NCBI GenBank assembly: GCA_964519305.1
Contig: CAZFHY010000011.1
Location: 70,400 to 134,399, forward strand
Direction: 5' to 3'
DNA length: 64,000 bases
Origin: Candidatus Undinarchaeota archaeon
GTDB lineage: Archaea; SpSt-1190; JASMDC01
Position numbers and translations under genes: made by a program. Positions 19,869-29,932 of this stretch are shown here, piece by piece. The notes under the pieces are model-generated. The model was not told the origin of the DNA. It made no database searches and saw only the letters and a program-made list of their open reading frames with translations. How positions within the stretch are numbered: the stretch's first letter is position 1; each line of letters starts with the position of its first letter.

Positions 19869-20795
19869 GTGACATGGATGTACTATCGCCCTGCTCTTGC
19901 GCTCATCGTCCTCGTGCTCGTGCTCATGGCGCCGGCCGTAGCTCGAGAGTGCGACTACCTCGGCACGGTGGTGGCGGTCAACGACGATGGCATGATCGTA
20001 GAGGTGTCTACCTTCCGCGATCCCCCCACGGGCAGAGTATCGAACGAGCTGCGGAACATAACGTGGACGAGCCTCCCCGGTAGCATGGGCGGGGCCGCAG
20101 TAGTTGGGCTCCATGCGGAGTTCGCGGCGAACTGTGACGCTTGGGATGAACGCGCGGTACGGGAAGATGCAGCGATAGTGCTCTACCCGGACAACTTCAC
20201 CCGAGAGCCTATCTATGCATACAACCGCCTCCCCAACGTGAAGGGGGTCACCATCACGCTCGGAGAGGGCGAGCCGTTGGCCAAATGCCCTGGCTGCTGC
20301 TGTTCAGGAGAATACCCCGTCAGTCTCACACGGAACGGGACAGCTGTCACAGAAAAGCTCATGCGTACAGGACAGTCGTTGTGCGTCCAAGGATTCAAGG
20401 TCCGTATGCTCGAAGCGACAGTGTACGGCGAGGATGCCGCGTCACGCTGCTTATGCCGGGCACGGACAGAACTGCTCACTGGCGAGGTGTCCCCGGACAC
20501 GTGTGCCATCGAGGACATGCTCGTGGAGGTGGATACCATCACCGCCCGTCTCGGCGATCCCATGGTGGAGAACGCTATGGCTCGGCGGCGTCAGATCGTC
20601 CATGAACAGATCGCGCAAGGTGACCTGGCGGCGGCTCGGGGAACTGCCGAGCACGCTCTCGCCCAGGCACGACGACTTGATACCAAGACCCGGACCATAA
20701 ACGTCACCGCGACCATCCTCGGGACCGTGGGGATGGTGGCCATCGCGTACTTCTGGATGAACCGGGAGCGAAAGGATAAGGTCGACATCTTCTGA
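19869..20795 (+). CDS. Secreted, C-terminally TM-anchored hypothetical protein.
   Basis: 308 aa. Signal peptide ALALIVLVLVLMAPAVA. Cys-containing ectodomain. C-terminal TM helix ILGTVGMVAIAYFW. Confidence 0.55.
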   Translation: MTWMYYRPALALIVLVLVLMAPAVARECDYLGTVVAVNDDGMIVEVSTFRDPPTGRVSNELRNITWTSLPGSMGGAAVVGLHAEFAANCDAWDERAVREDAAIVLYPDNFTREPIYAYNRLPNVKGVTITLGEGEPLAKCPGCCCSGEYPVSLTRNGTAVTEKLMRTGQSLCVQGFKVRMLEATVYGEDAASRCLCRARTELLTGEVSPDTCAIEDMLVEVDTITARLGDPMVENAMARRRQIVHEQIAQGDLAAARGTAEHALAQARRLDTKTRTINVTATILGTVGMVAIAYFWMNRERKDKVDIF

Positions 20796-20874
20796 AGCTC
20801 GGCCTGGCCGGGGAAGGACATTTAAGTTTTGTTCCTGCCGCTGACGATAGGAACGCAACAGTGAGGTTGATATA

Positions 20875-22041
20875 ATGAAGAAGAACGGTACTTTCTTGTT
20901 CACCTCCGAGGCCATGACAGAAGGCCATCCGGACAAGGTGTGCGACCAGATCTCTGACGAGATGCTCGATTCGATTCTGCGCCAGGATCCCTTGGCGCGT
21001 GTGGCCTGTGAAACCATGGCCGGGATGGGTTTCATCATCGTCACAGGCGAGATCACCACGACCGCCTACGTTGACGTCCAGTCCCTTGTGCGCAAGGTGC
21101 TAAAAGAGATCGGTTACAGTAAGCCCGAGTACGGCTTCGACTACGGCTCAGTTGGTGTCCTCACATCCATCCATGAGCAGAGCGGCGATATCGCGATGGG
21201 CGTGAACGAGGGCGCGAAGAAGGCGGTCGGCGCCGGTGACCAAGGGATGATGTGCGGATTCGCCTCCAACGACACTCCGAGCCTCATGCCTATGCCCATA
21301 GACATGGCCCACCAGCTCGCACTCAAGCTCGCCGCCGTTCGCAAGGATGGCAGCCTCTACTATCTCCGACCTGACGGCAAGACGCAGGTCACGATCGAGT
21401 ACAAGGACGGCAAGCCTGTTCGAGTACACACGGTGGTCATCGCGGCCCAACATGATCCTGACGTCACACTTGAGAAGCTGCGAAAGGACATCGCAGAGAA
21501 GGTCGTCAAACCTATCTGCGGGAAGCTGATGGACAAGAACACCAAGGTCTTCATCAACAACACTGGCCGCTTCGTTCTCGGTGGGCCCGTGGCGGACTCG
21601 GGATGTACCGGGCGTAAAATCATCGTGGACACCTACGGCGGTATGGGCTCTCACGGGGGCGGCGCCTTCTCAGGAAAGGACCCTACCAAGGTCGACCGGA
21701 CAGCTGCTTACATGGCCCGCTACATCGCCAAGAACATCGTGGCCGCTGAACTCGCCGAGGAGTGCGAGGTACAGCTTGCGTACGTCATTGGTGGCGTGGG
21801 GCCTCTGTCCGTGTACGTGGACACTCGCGGTACCGGAAAGATACCCGACGACGAGCTTGTGAAGCTCGTGGAGAAACACTTCCCCATGGAACCAGGTGCA
21901 ATGATCAAACACTTGGACCTTCGCCGGCCTATCTTCCGCAAGACCGCATGTTATGGCCACTTCGGTCGCGACGACCCGGACTTCACCTGGGAGCGCACCG
22001 ATAAAGTGGCAGGGCTCAAGAAGGACGCCGGCCTCAAGTAA
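20875..22041 (+). CDS. metK: S-adenosylmethionine synthetase, bacterial/eukaryal MetK type (not the archaeal MAT type).
   Basis: 388 aa. [19 protein letters not shown] and [19 protein letters not shown] motifs. Confidence 0.9.
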   Translation: MKKNGTFLFTSEAMTEGHPDKVCDQISDEMLDSILRQDPLARVACETMAGMGFIIVTGEITTTAYVDVQSLVRKVLKEIGYSKPEYGFDYGSVGVLTSIHEQSGDIAMGVNEGAKKAVGAGDQGMMCGFASNDTPSLMPMPIDMAHQLALKLAAVRKDGSLYYLRPDGKTQVTIEYKDGKPVRVHTVVIAAQHDPDVTLEKLRKDIAEKVVKPICGKLMDKNTKVFINNTGRFVLGGPVADSGCTGRKIIVDTYGGMGSHGGGAFSGKDPTKVDRTAAYMARYIAKNIVAAELAEECEVQLAYVIGGVGPLSVYVDTRGTGKIPDDELVKLVEKHFPMEPGAMIKHLDLRRPIFRKTACYGHFGRDDPDFTWERTDKVAGLKKDAGLK

Positions 22042-22069
22042 GGGAGGCCTCGACCGCGTGACCGGGGCC

Positions 22070-23374
22070 ATGGTGAACGACCTGGCCCCGGCACGTAATC
22101 TTATTCTGGAAATACTTGGACGTGCCCTTAAAGAAGCGGACCCGGCAGCTGCTGTACGTGCGTCCCTCAAGCTCGATGGCGATATTCTTGAGGCTGCAGG
22201 GGAGCGCATCCCACTCGGAATAGATAGCAACGTGTTCGTTATCGCTTTCGGAAAAGCGGCGCCCGCGATGGCGGAAGCGGCCGAGGAAATATTGGATGAT
22301 AAGCTCGCTGGGGGCGTGGTAATAGCGCCGCCAGGTCTTTCTCTAACATCCGATCGACTTGATTTCATTATAGGTGGGCATCCTGTGCCTGACCAAGGTA
22401 GCGTCCAGGGGGCCAAGGCCGCAATTGCTGTTGCAGAAGCGGCCGGCGAAGGGGATATTGTCCTCGTCCTCGTCTCGGGGGGTGGCTCCGCGCTACTCAC
22501 CGCTCCGGCCGGCATTTCACTGGCGGAGATGCGAACGCTCACACAAGCGCTCTTGGCGAGCGGCGCTCCCATATATGACCTGAACGCGGTACGAAAGCAC
22601 ATATCACTAGTGAAAGGAGGACGTCTAGCGGCCGCATGTCATCCTGCCCGGACCATAGCCCTCCTGATTTCCGACGTGGTGGGGGACGATATGTCGGTCA
22701 TAGCGTCCGGTCCCACGGTACCTGATCCGACAACCTGCGCGGACGCCAAAGCGGCACTAGTGCGCGCCGACATCGATGCGTCATCAACGGTAAAGGATAT
22801 ATTGGAGGTCAACGAATCACCCAAATCCGGGGACCCGCGTCTTGTGCACGTCACCACCAGGCTAATTCTAGGCAATGAGGGTGTTCTGAAAGCGTGCTGT
22901 CGACTCGCGCGAGAAATGGGGGTGAATCCCATCCTACTCTCGGGCGAGCTCGAAGGAGAGAGCAGGGACGTGGGTCGTGCACATGCGGCCCTCGCCCGTT
23001 CGGTGCTCGATGCGGGTGTACCCGTGGAACGACCCGCCCTTCTTGTATCTGGTGGTGAGACCACGGTCACAGTACGCGGTACGGGGACCGGCGGTCCTAA
23101 CCAGGAGTTCGCACTTGCCTGTGTGCGATTCTTGGATGGTCTTCCAGTTGTCGCGCTGGCAGTGGATTCCGATGGTCATGACGGCCCCACCGACGCAGCG
23201 GGTGCGGTCGTGGACGGGACCTCGCTCCGTCGGGCTCGTACAGCTGGGCTCGATCCCGATTCCTTTCTTGAACAGAACGATGCCTATGCTTTCTTCGAGG
23301 AAATCGATGACCTTCTACGCATGGGGCGAACGGGAACGAACGTGAACGATGTACGAATCATCTACATCTCTTGA
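22070..23374 (+). CDS. Glycerate kinase (MOFRL family, GckA/TtuD-like). An alternative GTG start at 22058 is possible.
   Basis: About 434 aa. MOFRL signature …VLVSGGGSALL… / …LLSGELEGESRDVG… / …LLVSGGETTVTVRGTGTGGPNQEFAL…. Confidence 0.8.
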   Translation: MVNDLAPARNLILEILGRALKEADPAAAVRASLKLDGDILEAAGERIPLGIDSNVFVIAFGKAAPAMAEAAEEILDDKLAGGVVIAPPGLSLTSDRLDFIIGGHPVPDQGSVQGAKAAIAVAEAAGEGDIVLVLVSGGGSALLTAPAGISLAEMRTLTQALLASGAPIYDLNAVRKHISLVKGGRLAAACHPARTIALLISDVVGDDMSVIASGPTVPDPTTCADAKAALVRADIDASSTVKDILEVNESPKSGDPRLVHVTTRLILGNEGVLKACCRLAREMGVNPILLSGELEGESRDVGRAHAALARSVLDAGVPVERPALLVSGGETTVTVRGTGTGGPNQEFALACVRFLDGLPVVALAVDSDGHDGPTDAAGAVVDGTSLRRARTAGLDPDSFLEQNDAYAFFEEIDDLLRMGRTGTNVNDVRIIYIS

Positions 23375-23440
23375 CCATACTCTTCAATCTAGTCCGGGTT
23401 ACGGTTGTCATAACACGTAAAGTGGGGCCTGAATGTATCC

Positions 23441-24736
23441 CTAGAACGCCTCAAGGAATGCGGTGTACTCTCGCACCGTGGCGTAGAGATCGTCCGCGTG
23501 GACAACCTCGGCCTCGGCAGAGTGCATGGACCAGATGGCGGGTCCCGAGTCGACCACGGAAGCACCCTTCTGAGCGATGAACTTGGCGATCGTACCGCCG
23601 CCACCGCCGTCGACCTGAGCGTAGAGCGTTGGTTGGTAGGCGATACCCTCACGTTCGTTCATGTCCTGAAGGCGCTCTGAGAGTCCGATGGGTGATTCTG
23701 AGGCGCCGTACTTACCGCCCCGCCCTGTGTAGGGGGCGATAGTGACGCCCTTGCCCGCATGTGCCCCGTTGGCCACGTCGTAGTTCTCGGGGAAGATCGG
23801 ATTGTAAGCGGCCTTCACGTCGGCGGAGATACCGTCCGACGCCATGACGACCTCTCGCTTGAACGCGTCGGGATCACTGATGTAGGGGACCTCCTGTCGC
23901 GCAGCAGTGTAACCCTTCTCATCGATGGACTCCCTTGCCTTTACCCCTCCGACCACGCCTGCGACCTTGTCGATCACATAGTCGAAGAACGCGCCTTGGG
24001 CGCCGGTCTTGCCGTTGGAGCCGATCTCCTCCTTATCGAAGGCGAACGCGATGGCTGTACGGGCGGGTGTGTCGATACCTGTGATGGCCTTGGTGGCCGC
24101 ATACGAGCAGATTGTGTCATCGTGCTGGCCCACGAGTGTCTCCCCGACACGGTAGGGCTCGGCGCGAGGGACAATGGTGAGGGATGCGTTGAGAAGGTCC
24201 TTCTCGGTGATATCTGTCCCGGCGCTCTCTGAGAGCGCAGCATAGAAGTCATCCTTGGTGAAGTATCCGGTGAACACATCGAGCTTCTCGCCGGGGAAAG
24301 CGTCACCCACCTTCTGGTTGGCCTGTTTATCGAGGTGGGGGAGCTTCTCGGGTACAGTGGCCAGGTCGAGCTGGACCTGGTATGTCTTCCCGTCCTTGGC
24401 GATCTCTCCTCGGAGCTCAAGGGGACGTGCGAACCACTGGTGCTTCTTGATCCCTCCGTAGTACTGGGCGTCGACGAAGACACCATCACCCGAGTCGAAC
24501 ACACCCTCCGCTGCCCGCTTGACATGGAGTTCTGGAGTGTCGAGGTGGGCGAACAGCATATTGACGCCCTCGGAAAGTTCTTTCGAACCGATGACTATAC
24601 CGGCCACATCACGGTAGTCCTCCGAAGCCACGTAGACCTTCCGGCCAGCGAGCTCCTCACTGGACACTCCCGCGGAGATATCCTTTTCAAGCTCTTCTAC
24701 AGGAACAAATCCTGCGGCCTCCAGTCGTCGGACCAT
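23441..24736 (-). CDS. M18-family aminopeptidase (aspartyl aminopeptidase-like), paralog 1. The true start is probably upstream of the annotated ATG, because homology to paralog 2 continues upstream in-frame without a canonical start.
   Basis: 431 aa from the ATG. Motifs …HVKRAAEGVFDSGDGVF…, …QVDGGGGGTIAKFIAQKGASVVDSGPAIWSMHS…. Upstream in-frame …DAIAQDYLEFQKASRTAPDTGRE aligns with the paralog-2 N-terminus. Confidence 0.8.
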   Translation of the reverse strand: MVRRLEAAGFVPVEELEKDISAGVSSEELAGRKVYVASEDYRDVAGIVIGSKELSEGVNMLFAHLDTPELHVKRAAEGVFDSGDGVFVDAQYYGGIKKHQWFARPLELRGEIAKDGKTYQVQLDLATVPEKLPHLDKQANQKVGDAFPGEKLDVFTGYFTKDDFYAALSESAGTDITEKDLLNASLTIVPRAEPYRVGETLVGQHDDTICSYAATKAITGIDTPARTAIAFAFDKEEIGSNGKTGAQGAFFDYVIDKVAGVVGGVKARESIDEKGYTAARQEVPYISDPDAFKREVVMASDGISADVKAAYNPIFPENYDVANGAHAGKGVTIAPYTGRGGKYGASESPIGLSERLQDMNEREGIAYQPTLYAQVDGGGGGTIAKFIAQKGASVVDSGPAIWSMHSAEAEVVHADDLYATVREYTAFLEAF

Positions 24737-24853
24737 CTCACGGCCGGTATCGGGGGCGGTGCGTGACGCTTTCTGGAACTCCAGGTAGTCCTGGGCGATG
24801 GCGTCCCGTTCCGTGTTCCCGTTACTGGTCGCGTTCAGATGTAACCCTCCTGT

Positions 24854-26275
24854 TCAGCTCTCGAGGTAGGCTTCGATCTCCTGCTCGCAGGAGTAAAGGT
24901 CGACCACGTGGGCGATCTCAGATGCGGGGGAGTGCATGCTCCAGAGAGCGGGGCCTGTGTCGATAGTGTCGACCCCCTTCTGGGCGATGAACTTGGCGAT
25001 CGTACCGCCGCCTCCGCCATCCACCTTGCCGAGGAGACCCGGTTGGTAGGGGATGGAGTTGCGAGCGTTGATTGTACCGAGCTCCTCCGTAGCGCCGATC
25101 GGCGCCTCGGATGTGGAGTACTTGCCTCCCGAACCCGTGTACGGGGTGACCGTAACGCCCTCGCCGAGGTGGGCCGAGTTGCGTGGATCGAAGTTCTCGG
25201 GGAAGATCGGATTGTATGCGGCGTTGACGTCCGCCGAGAGCGCCTTGGAGGCGTAGAGCACTTCGCGCTTGAACGCGCCGGCGTCCCTGAGGAACTGCTC
25301 CTCTTTGTACACATCGCCGAACTCCTTGTCCTTGAGCTTCTCGGCGACCTCTGCGCCCTTGATCATTCCAGTGACCTTGTCGACCACATAATCGAAGAAG
25401 GCTCCTTGGCCCCCGGTCTTACCGTTGGAGCCGATCTCCTCCTTGTCAAATCCGATGACGACTGCTGTGTGTTTTGGAGTTCCGATGCGGGTTATGGCCT
25501 CGGTCTGGGTGTAAGTGCATATAGTGTCATCGTGCTGGCCGACGAGAGCCTCGCCCACACGGTAGGGGTCGCCCCGGGGGACGACAGTGAGGTACGAGTT
25601 GACCAGATCGTCCTTAGTGATCTCGATGCCTGCCTTATCGGACACGGCAGCGAGGAAGTCGGCCTCCTTGAAGTATCCGGTGAACACGTCGAGCTTCTCT
25701 CCCGGGAAGGCGTCGCCCACCTTCTGACCTGACTGCTTGTCGAGGTGGGGGAGCTTCTCTGGCACAGTGGCGAGGTCGATGGTGAAGTGGTGGAGCTTGC
25801 CGTCCTTGGACACCTCTCCTCGGAGCTCAAGGGGGCGTGCGAACCATTGGTGTTTCTTGATACCGCCATAGTACTGCGTGTCGAGGAACACTCCATCGCC
25901 AGAGTCGAAGATACCGCCCTCAGCACGCTTGACGTGGAGCTCGGGCTTGTCCATGTGGGCGTAAGAGAAGTTCATGCCCTGCTCCAGGCCCTCTTCTCCG
26001 ATGACGATGCCTGCGACGTTCCGAAAGTCCTCAGAGGCGATGTAGACCTTCTGACCCACGAGCTCCTCGTACGCGGTGCCGTCCTTGATCTCCTCCTCCA
26101 AATCCTCTATGGGCCGGAATCCTGCAGACTCCAGGCGGCGGACAGTCTCCCTACCCGTCTCCCATACGGTCTTTGATTCCTTCTGGAACTCGAGATAGTC
26201 TTTGGCCATCTCGTCCATTTCACCTCGCTGGGTGTCTGTGAAGTTGTCGATCGCGCGGGTCTTTTCTTCTTCCAT
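24854..26275 (-). CDS. M18-family aminopeptidase, paralog 2.
   Basis: 473 aa. About 65% identical to paralog 1. Same GGGGGTIAKF…SMHS motifs. Confidence 0.85.
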   Translation of the reverse strand: MEEEKTRAIDNFTDTQRGEMDEMAKDYLEFQKESKTVWETGRETVRRLESAGFRPIEDLEEEIKDGTAYEELVGQKVYIASEDFRNVAGIVIGEEGLEQGMNFSYAHMDKPELHVKRAEGGIFDSGDGVFLDTQYYGGIKKHQWFARPLELRGEVSKDGKLHHFTIDLATVPEKLPHLDKQSGQKVGDAFPGEKLDVFTGYFKEADFLAAVSDKAGIEITKDDLVNSYLTVVPRGDPYRVGEALVGQHDDTICTYTQTEAITRIGTPKHTAVVIGFDKEEIGSNGKTGGQGAFFDYVVDKVTGMIKGAEVAEKLKDKEFGDVYKEEQFLRDAGAFKREVLYASKALSADVNAAYNPIFPENFDPRNSAHLGEGVTVTPYTGSGGKYSTSEAPIGATEELGTINARNSIPYQPGLLGKVDGGGGGTIAKFIAQKGVDTIDTGPALWSMHSPASEIAHVVDLYSCEQEIEAYLES

Positions 26276-26469
26276 GAGTTATCACCTATGAGTAGTAACG
26301 TTTCGCTTGCATACTTATAGTGTCAAAGTCATATATAAATGTTTCTCCCGGGCAGTGGTGAATGCCCTCACAAGCTAGCATTCTGCAGGTTTTTCACCCT
26401 TGTATGCAGATGATTTAGAGATTCTTGGAATGGACTTAGAAACGTGAGGGCCGCCCCCACAAACAGGGA

Positions 26470-26529
26470 GCGGCAGGTAGGGGGGGAGGGAGAAAAAGGG
26501 AAAGAAGGGAGAAAAGGGGTACAGGGGAT
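26470..26529 (-). terminator. Pyrimidine/T-rich tract immediately after the stop of the 26530..26841 gene (archaeal oligo-T terminator-like). It is a polypurine tract on the + strand.
   Basis: Minus strand reads …CTTTTAGATCCCCTGTACCCCTTTTCTCCCTTCTTTCCCTTTTTCTCCC…. Confidence 0.3.
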
Positions 26530-26841
26530 CTAAAAAGCCTTCTTTAGTGAAAAATAGATATCGTCGAAGTAGCGCTTGTCGACGTTTATGAGTTCGTCCG
26601 AGCCATCCTCAAGGAGCAATCGGAGTCTGCGGAAGTCCATGACTCCCTCTGATCCGACATCTATAATAGAGTCCCTGGGGAAGGACTTCCACTGGGCGTT
26701 GAGCCGCTCGACGTGCTTAATATGTAGCTCGTCGGATGTGATTACGCAGCAAGGATTCCTGCCGACCACCTTAGCATTATCTAGGCACATCAAGTCGGCT
26801 GGTGTGAACATCGGGGAGCCCTCCGCTTTTGTTATCATCAT
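26530..26841 (-). CDS. Hypothetical protein (103 aa) in an AT-rich island.
   Basis: Clean ORF flanked by AT-rich sequence, with a TATA-like TTTATATA about 25 nt upstream on the minus strand (26860-26870). Confidence 0.4.
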   Translation of the reverse strand: MMITKAEGSPMFTPADLMCLDNAKVVGRNPCCVITSDELHIKHVERLNAQWKSFPRDSIIDVGSEGVMDFRRLRLLLEDGSDELINVDKRYFDDIYFSLKKAF

Positions 26842-27015
26842 GGAGTGACAACAGCAGGGCGCATATATAAAAGACCCTGAAACTCACGGTTTTTTCAGGG
26901 ATAATTTCAGAAAAATAAATGCTTAAAAACCGGAATAACGTGATATAAACGTTCCAGAAGGTTCCAATAGAATAATATGCCAGTAATGGAAGAAATGGAG
27001 AAGAATACTCGCGTA

Positions 27016-27306
27016 TTACTGTTTCGTACTGTCCTGCTCATGCCAATTGAAGCCAGTCGATGCGATATGGTGTGGGGCTAACCTCCGCACGAGCGGCCAA
27101 TGGGTGCTGGTGCGTGGCATATAGTCCCTGCAACCACACGCAGGGCATGCCCGGGTAACACAATCGGGGTGGAAATGTTTTCCACAAGATGGGCATGTAA
27201 CGTAGTCGCGTTCTATTTCACCCTTGCATGCAGCGCACACGACAGCATCATCGACCACGGTGAATGCCTCTTGCCTCAGGGTGATAACGCGCTCTCGACA
27301 TCGCAT
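27016..27306 (-). CDS. Small zinc-ribbon protein (CxxC…CPxCG…CPACGC). Possibly the frameshifted C-terminus of the upstream 339-aa gene.
   Basis: 96 aa. Three Cys pairs. Overlaps the preceding gene by 31 nt in another frame. Confidence 0.4.
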   Translation of the reverse strand: MRCRERVITLRQEAFTVVDDAVVCAACKGEIERDYVTCPSCGKHFHPDCVTRACPACGCRDYMPRTSTHWPLVRRLAPHHIASTGFNWHEQDSTKQ

Positions 27307-28295
27307 CTTCCCTTGATCATGGCCTCTTCCTTCAGGGAGTGGCCTTCATACGCGATGGACATAATTGCGCGATTGAAGAAAGCACGTAGCTGTTTACCAT
27401 GGACCGGTATGATTGCGCCCATCTCGTCCGCGAGTTCCGGAACGTTGACGCTCCCGAGCGGGACGCCGACCTTCTCGAACACCCATAGGTAATGATTGAT
27501 GTAAGCCTCAACATCGATCATACCAACGGCGAGGACCTTTCCGCTTAACACAGCCTTGCGGGATTCAATTGAGATAGGCCACCTGCCAAGGTCGTCAATT
27601 TTCATATCATCTCGTGGATTAATGAGGGGGTCAAGGAGGTTGAACAGGAAAGGTTTACCTCGTATCTTCTCTTGCATGAGCGATGCGATTTGATCGAGCG
27701 CCTCGTTATTGGCTTTCTTATCGGCTTCTGCAGGGAATGCAGCTATTACAAATCCATCCTCCAAATTGCGCATCACAAGATCATCATCTTCGAGAGCACT
27801 CATGACGACCTCCTCCCACGCAGCGCGGGGTGCGAGGAGCTCAGGGGTGGCGGCAACGAGTATTTGGGTTTGCGCACCCTCGCCCGGACCGTGGTGCACG
27901 ATTCGGGGGAGTGCAAGGTCAAAACGGCGCATTGTGCCCATGCTCTCGATGATGTCGGCCGTTTCATCATCGTTCGCTCCTTGAGCGACATAGACGGCCA
28001 CAGGGGTTCCGGTCGACTCACCTTCTGCAGGGAAACCGACCAGCAATGCGTTCGGCGGGATGCCTTTAGGTGGAGCAGTTAGTGGCTCGAATGAAACTGT
28101 GTAATCGTTCATGGTGCTCCCGACATAGGAGATGCTCCACAGTGTCGATACCTTCAGGCCGCTCTTCTTAAGTGATCGGACGGATCGTTTCAGATGACCC
28201 TCGAGATCAGGGAGATACCTGAAGATGGGGAAAGGGAGGTTAGCTAGCCCGGGGATAGCTCCTTTGGCCTTTTTTTCGGCCACCCTATTCGCCAA
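27276..28295 (-). CDS. Hypothetical protein (339 aa), domain not recognised.
   Basis: Long clean ORF with protein-like composition. Confidence 0.55.
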   Translation of the reverse strand: MANRVAEKKAKGAIPGLANLPFPIFRYLPDLEGHLKRSVRSLKKSGLKVSTLWSISYVGSTMNDYTVSFEPLTAPPKGIPPNALLVGFPAEGESTGTPVAVYVAQGANDDETADIIESMGTMRRFDLALPRIVHHGPGEGAQTQILVAATPELLAPRAAWEEVVMSALEDDDLVMRNLEDGFVIAAFPAEADKKANNEALDQIASLMQEKIRGKPFLFNLLDPLINPRDDMKIDDLGRWPISIESRKAVLSGKVLAVGMIDVEAYINHYLWVFEKVGVPLGSVNVPELADEMGAIIPVHGKQLRAFFNRAIMSIAYEGHSLKEEAMIKGRCDVESALSP

Positions 28296-28545
28296 TCTCG
28301 ACGGCGTTACCGATGGCTTGGCCAGGCAAGCCCTTTTCGAACCGTGCCCTTAGCGCTCCCTTGTTCCCATGAGTGTGGGTGAGGGTGCCGACGAGGGCCT
28401 TTCCACCGGTGCTGGTCCACGTGACCTTCTTACCTATGAGGTCCTTGGCTTTGTCCTTGGACTCGATGCCCTCGACCTTAACGATATACTGGTTGGTTTG
28501 TTGGGTGTGTCGTCCCATGCGGTAATTTGCGATCGTTCCCTTCAT
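28285..28545 (-). CDS. rpl35ae: Ribosomal protein L35Ae.
   Basis: 86 aa, MKGTIANYRMGRHTQQTNQYIVKVEGIESKDKAKDLIGKKVTWTSTGGKALVGTLTHTHGNKGALRARFEKGLPGQAIG. ATG at 28543-28545 overlaps the stop of the upstream gene (ATGA). Confidence 0.75.
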   Translation of the reverse strand: MKGTIANYRMGRHTQQTNQYIVKVEGIESKDKAKDLIGKKVTWTSTGGKALVGTLTHTHGNKGALRARFEKGLPGQAIGNAVEIGE

Positions 28546-29765
28546 TTTCTTGCCCCCTTGACGAACTGTGGGGTGAGGTCCACTACGGCCCGGGAGGGGA
28601 ACTCCACTCCGACACGGATGATGCTGGTGCGGTGCTCCTTCTCTAAGGCGTTCAAGATGATCTGCACTAGGCCCTGGCCGATTACGGGTACGAAGCTGGA
28701 TGTTTCGATGGTCTTGAAGAGCAGACTGGGTTCGCTCTCCTTGAACTTGCCCACCTCCATCTTCTCGTTCACCGGGGCCACCCACACGTGCTTAAGGTTC
28801 TTCTCATGGTAGATTGCGATATAGAGTTCCTGCTCGAACACCCATGCATAGCCCCGCTTCTTACCGCCTTCGTAGAGCCAGAACACCTTGGCGGTGTTCT
28901 TGAGCTTGTCCTTGAGCTGACGTGCGCGTTCGCCCTTCTTTAGGAAAGTATCGGAGATCTCCTCCATCTTCTTACAGAAGTCCTCCACTTCCCGTTGGAA
29001 CGTGTCAATGTCACTAGGTGTGATCTTTGAAGCGGTCTCGTGTTCGATGTCCTTGTGGATAAGGAATATCTTGTTGTATGTCTCGATATATTTTGCGTCG
29101 ATGAGCCCTGGTTTGAGGAGATGTTCCTCGATGGCACCGCCGATCTCCTTGGGGCGGGCGGGGGGCATATCGAGCGCCATGAGCGCACCGTTGGCGGACC
29201 ACGAAGCAGCCCGGAAAAGCCTCTCTGCGCTCCACTCCATGTATTTATCGACACGCTTGAGGTATGATTTGGAACCGTCCATCTGCTTCCAAACCGCTTC
29301 GCGGGTGGGTCGGACTGCCCCTGAGAGCAGGAGCTTCTTGATGGGCTTGAAGAACCCGGAATCGTACACCGGTACACCCTCGCGAACGAAATTGAAGAAG
29401 ATAGCGTCCCCGTGGCGGATATAATCCCAGAACTCGGTTACCAGATGGAGTTGGATGTGGAGCTTTTTATCCATCTGTGCCGCGATCTCAGAGAGCTTTC
29501 TGTGTAGCTTCTCACGGATCTCTTGGGGCATACCTCCGCGTTCGACGGTATCATCGACGATGACAAGGACGTCGATATCGCTCGTTGACTTGAAGTCACC
29601 ACGAGCAAAAGAGCCGAAAACGATGACGGCGCGGGTATACTGACCGAATTTCTCTCGCACGATGCCGGTGAACCGCTTCACGACCTCAATCCGCTTCTTG
29701 ACCGCTAGCTTCTTGAGGTTCTTACGCGGAGTTACCGACCGCTTGGGCTCTTCCTTCTCTGCCAT
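28542..29765 (-). CDS. Nucleotidyltransferase-domain protein (Pol-beta-like NTase N-terminus, long helical C-terminal region).
   Basis: 407 aa. Motif VIVFGSFARGDFKSTSDIDVLVIVDD. Confidence 0.65.
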   Translation of the reverse strand: MAEKEEPKRSVTPRKNLKKLAVKKRIEVVKRFTGIVREKFGQYTRAVIVFGSFARGDFKSTSDIDVLVIVDDTVERGGMPQEIREKLHRKLSEIAAQMDKKLHIQLHLVTEFWDYIRHGDAIFFNFVREGVPVYDSGFFKPIKKLLLSGAVRPTREAVWKQMDGSKSYLKRVDKYMEWSAERLFRAASWSANGALMALDMPPARPKEIGGAIEEHLLKPGLIDAKYIETYNKIFLIHKDIEHETASKITPSDIDTFQREVEDFCKKMEEISDTFLKKGERARQLKDKLKNTAKVFWLYEGGKKRGYAWVFEQELYIAIYHEKNLKHVWVAPVNEKMEVGKFKESEPSLLFKTIETSSFVPVIGQGLVQIILNALEKEHRTSIIRVGVEFPSRAVVDLTPQFVKGARK

Positions 29766-29932
29766 GGCGCTCCCCGGATGCTAGAGCGTGTAGTTTTTTA
29801 AAGTATCCGGCTCGGGGGCGCTCGCCGTACGCGGGTCCGGGACCCAATCCGTTTTAAAGATTACACGCATTCTAATCCTTCACTGCCGGCCAACCAAGTC
29901 TGTTGCGGCGGACGTAAAGGGAGGATGCGAGT

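Noticed and set aside
21670-22602. 310-aa minus-strand ORF.
   Set aside because: It is antisense to the metK 3' end and glycerate kinase. Ala/Ser/Pro/Arg-rich.
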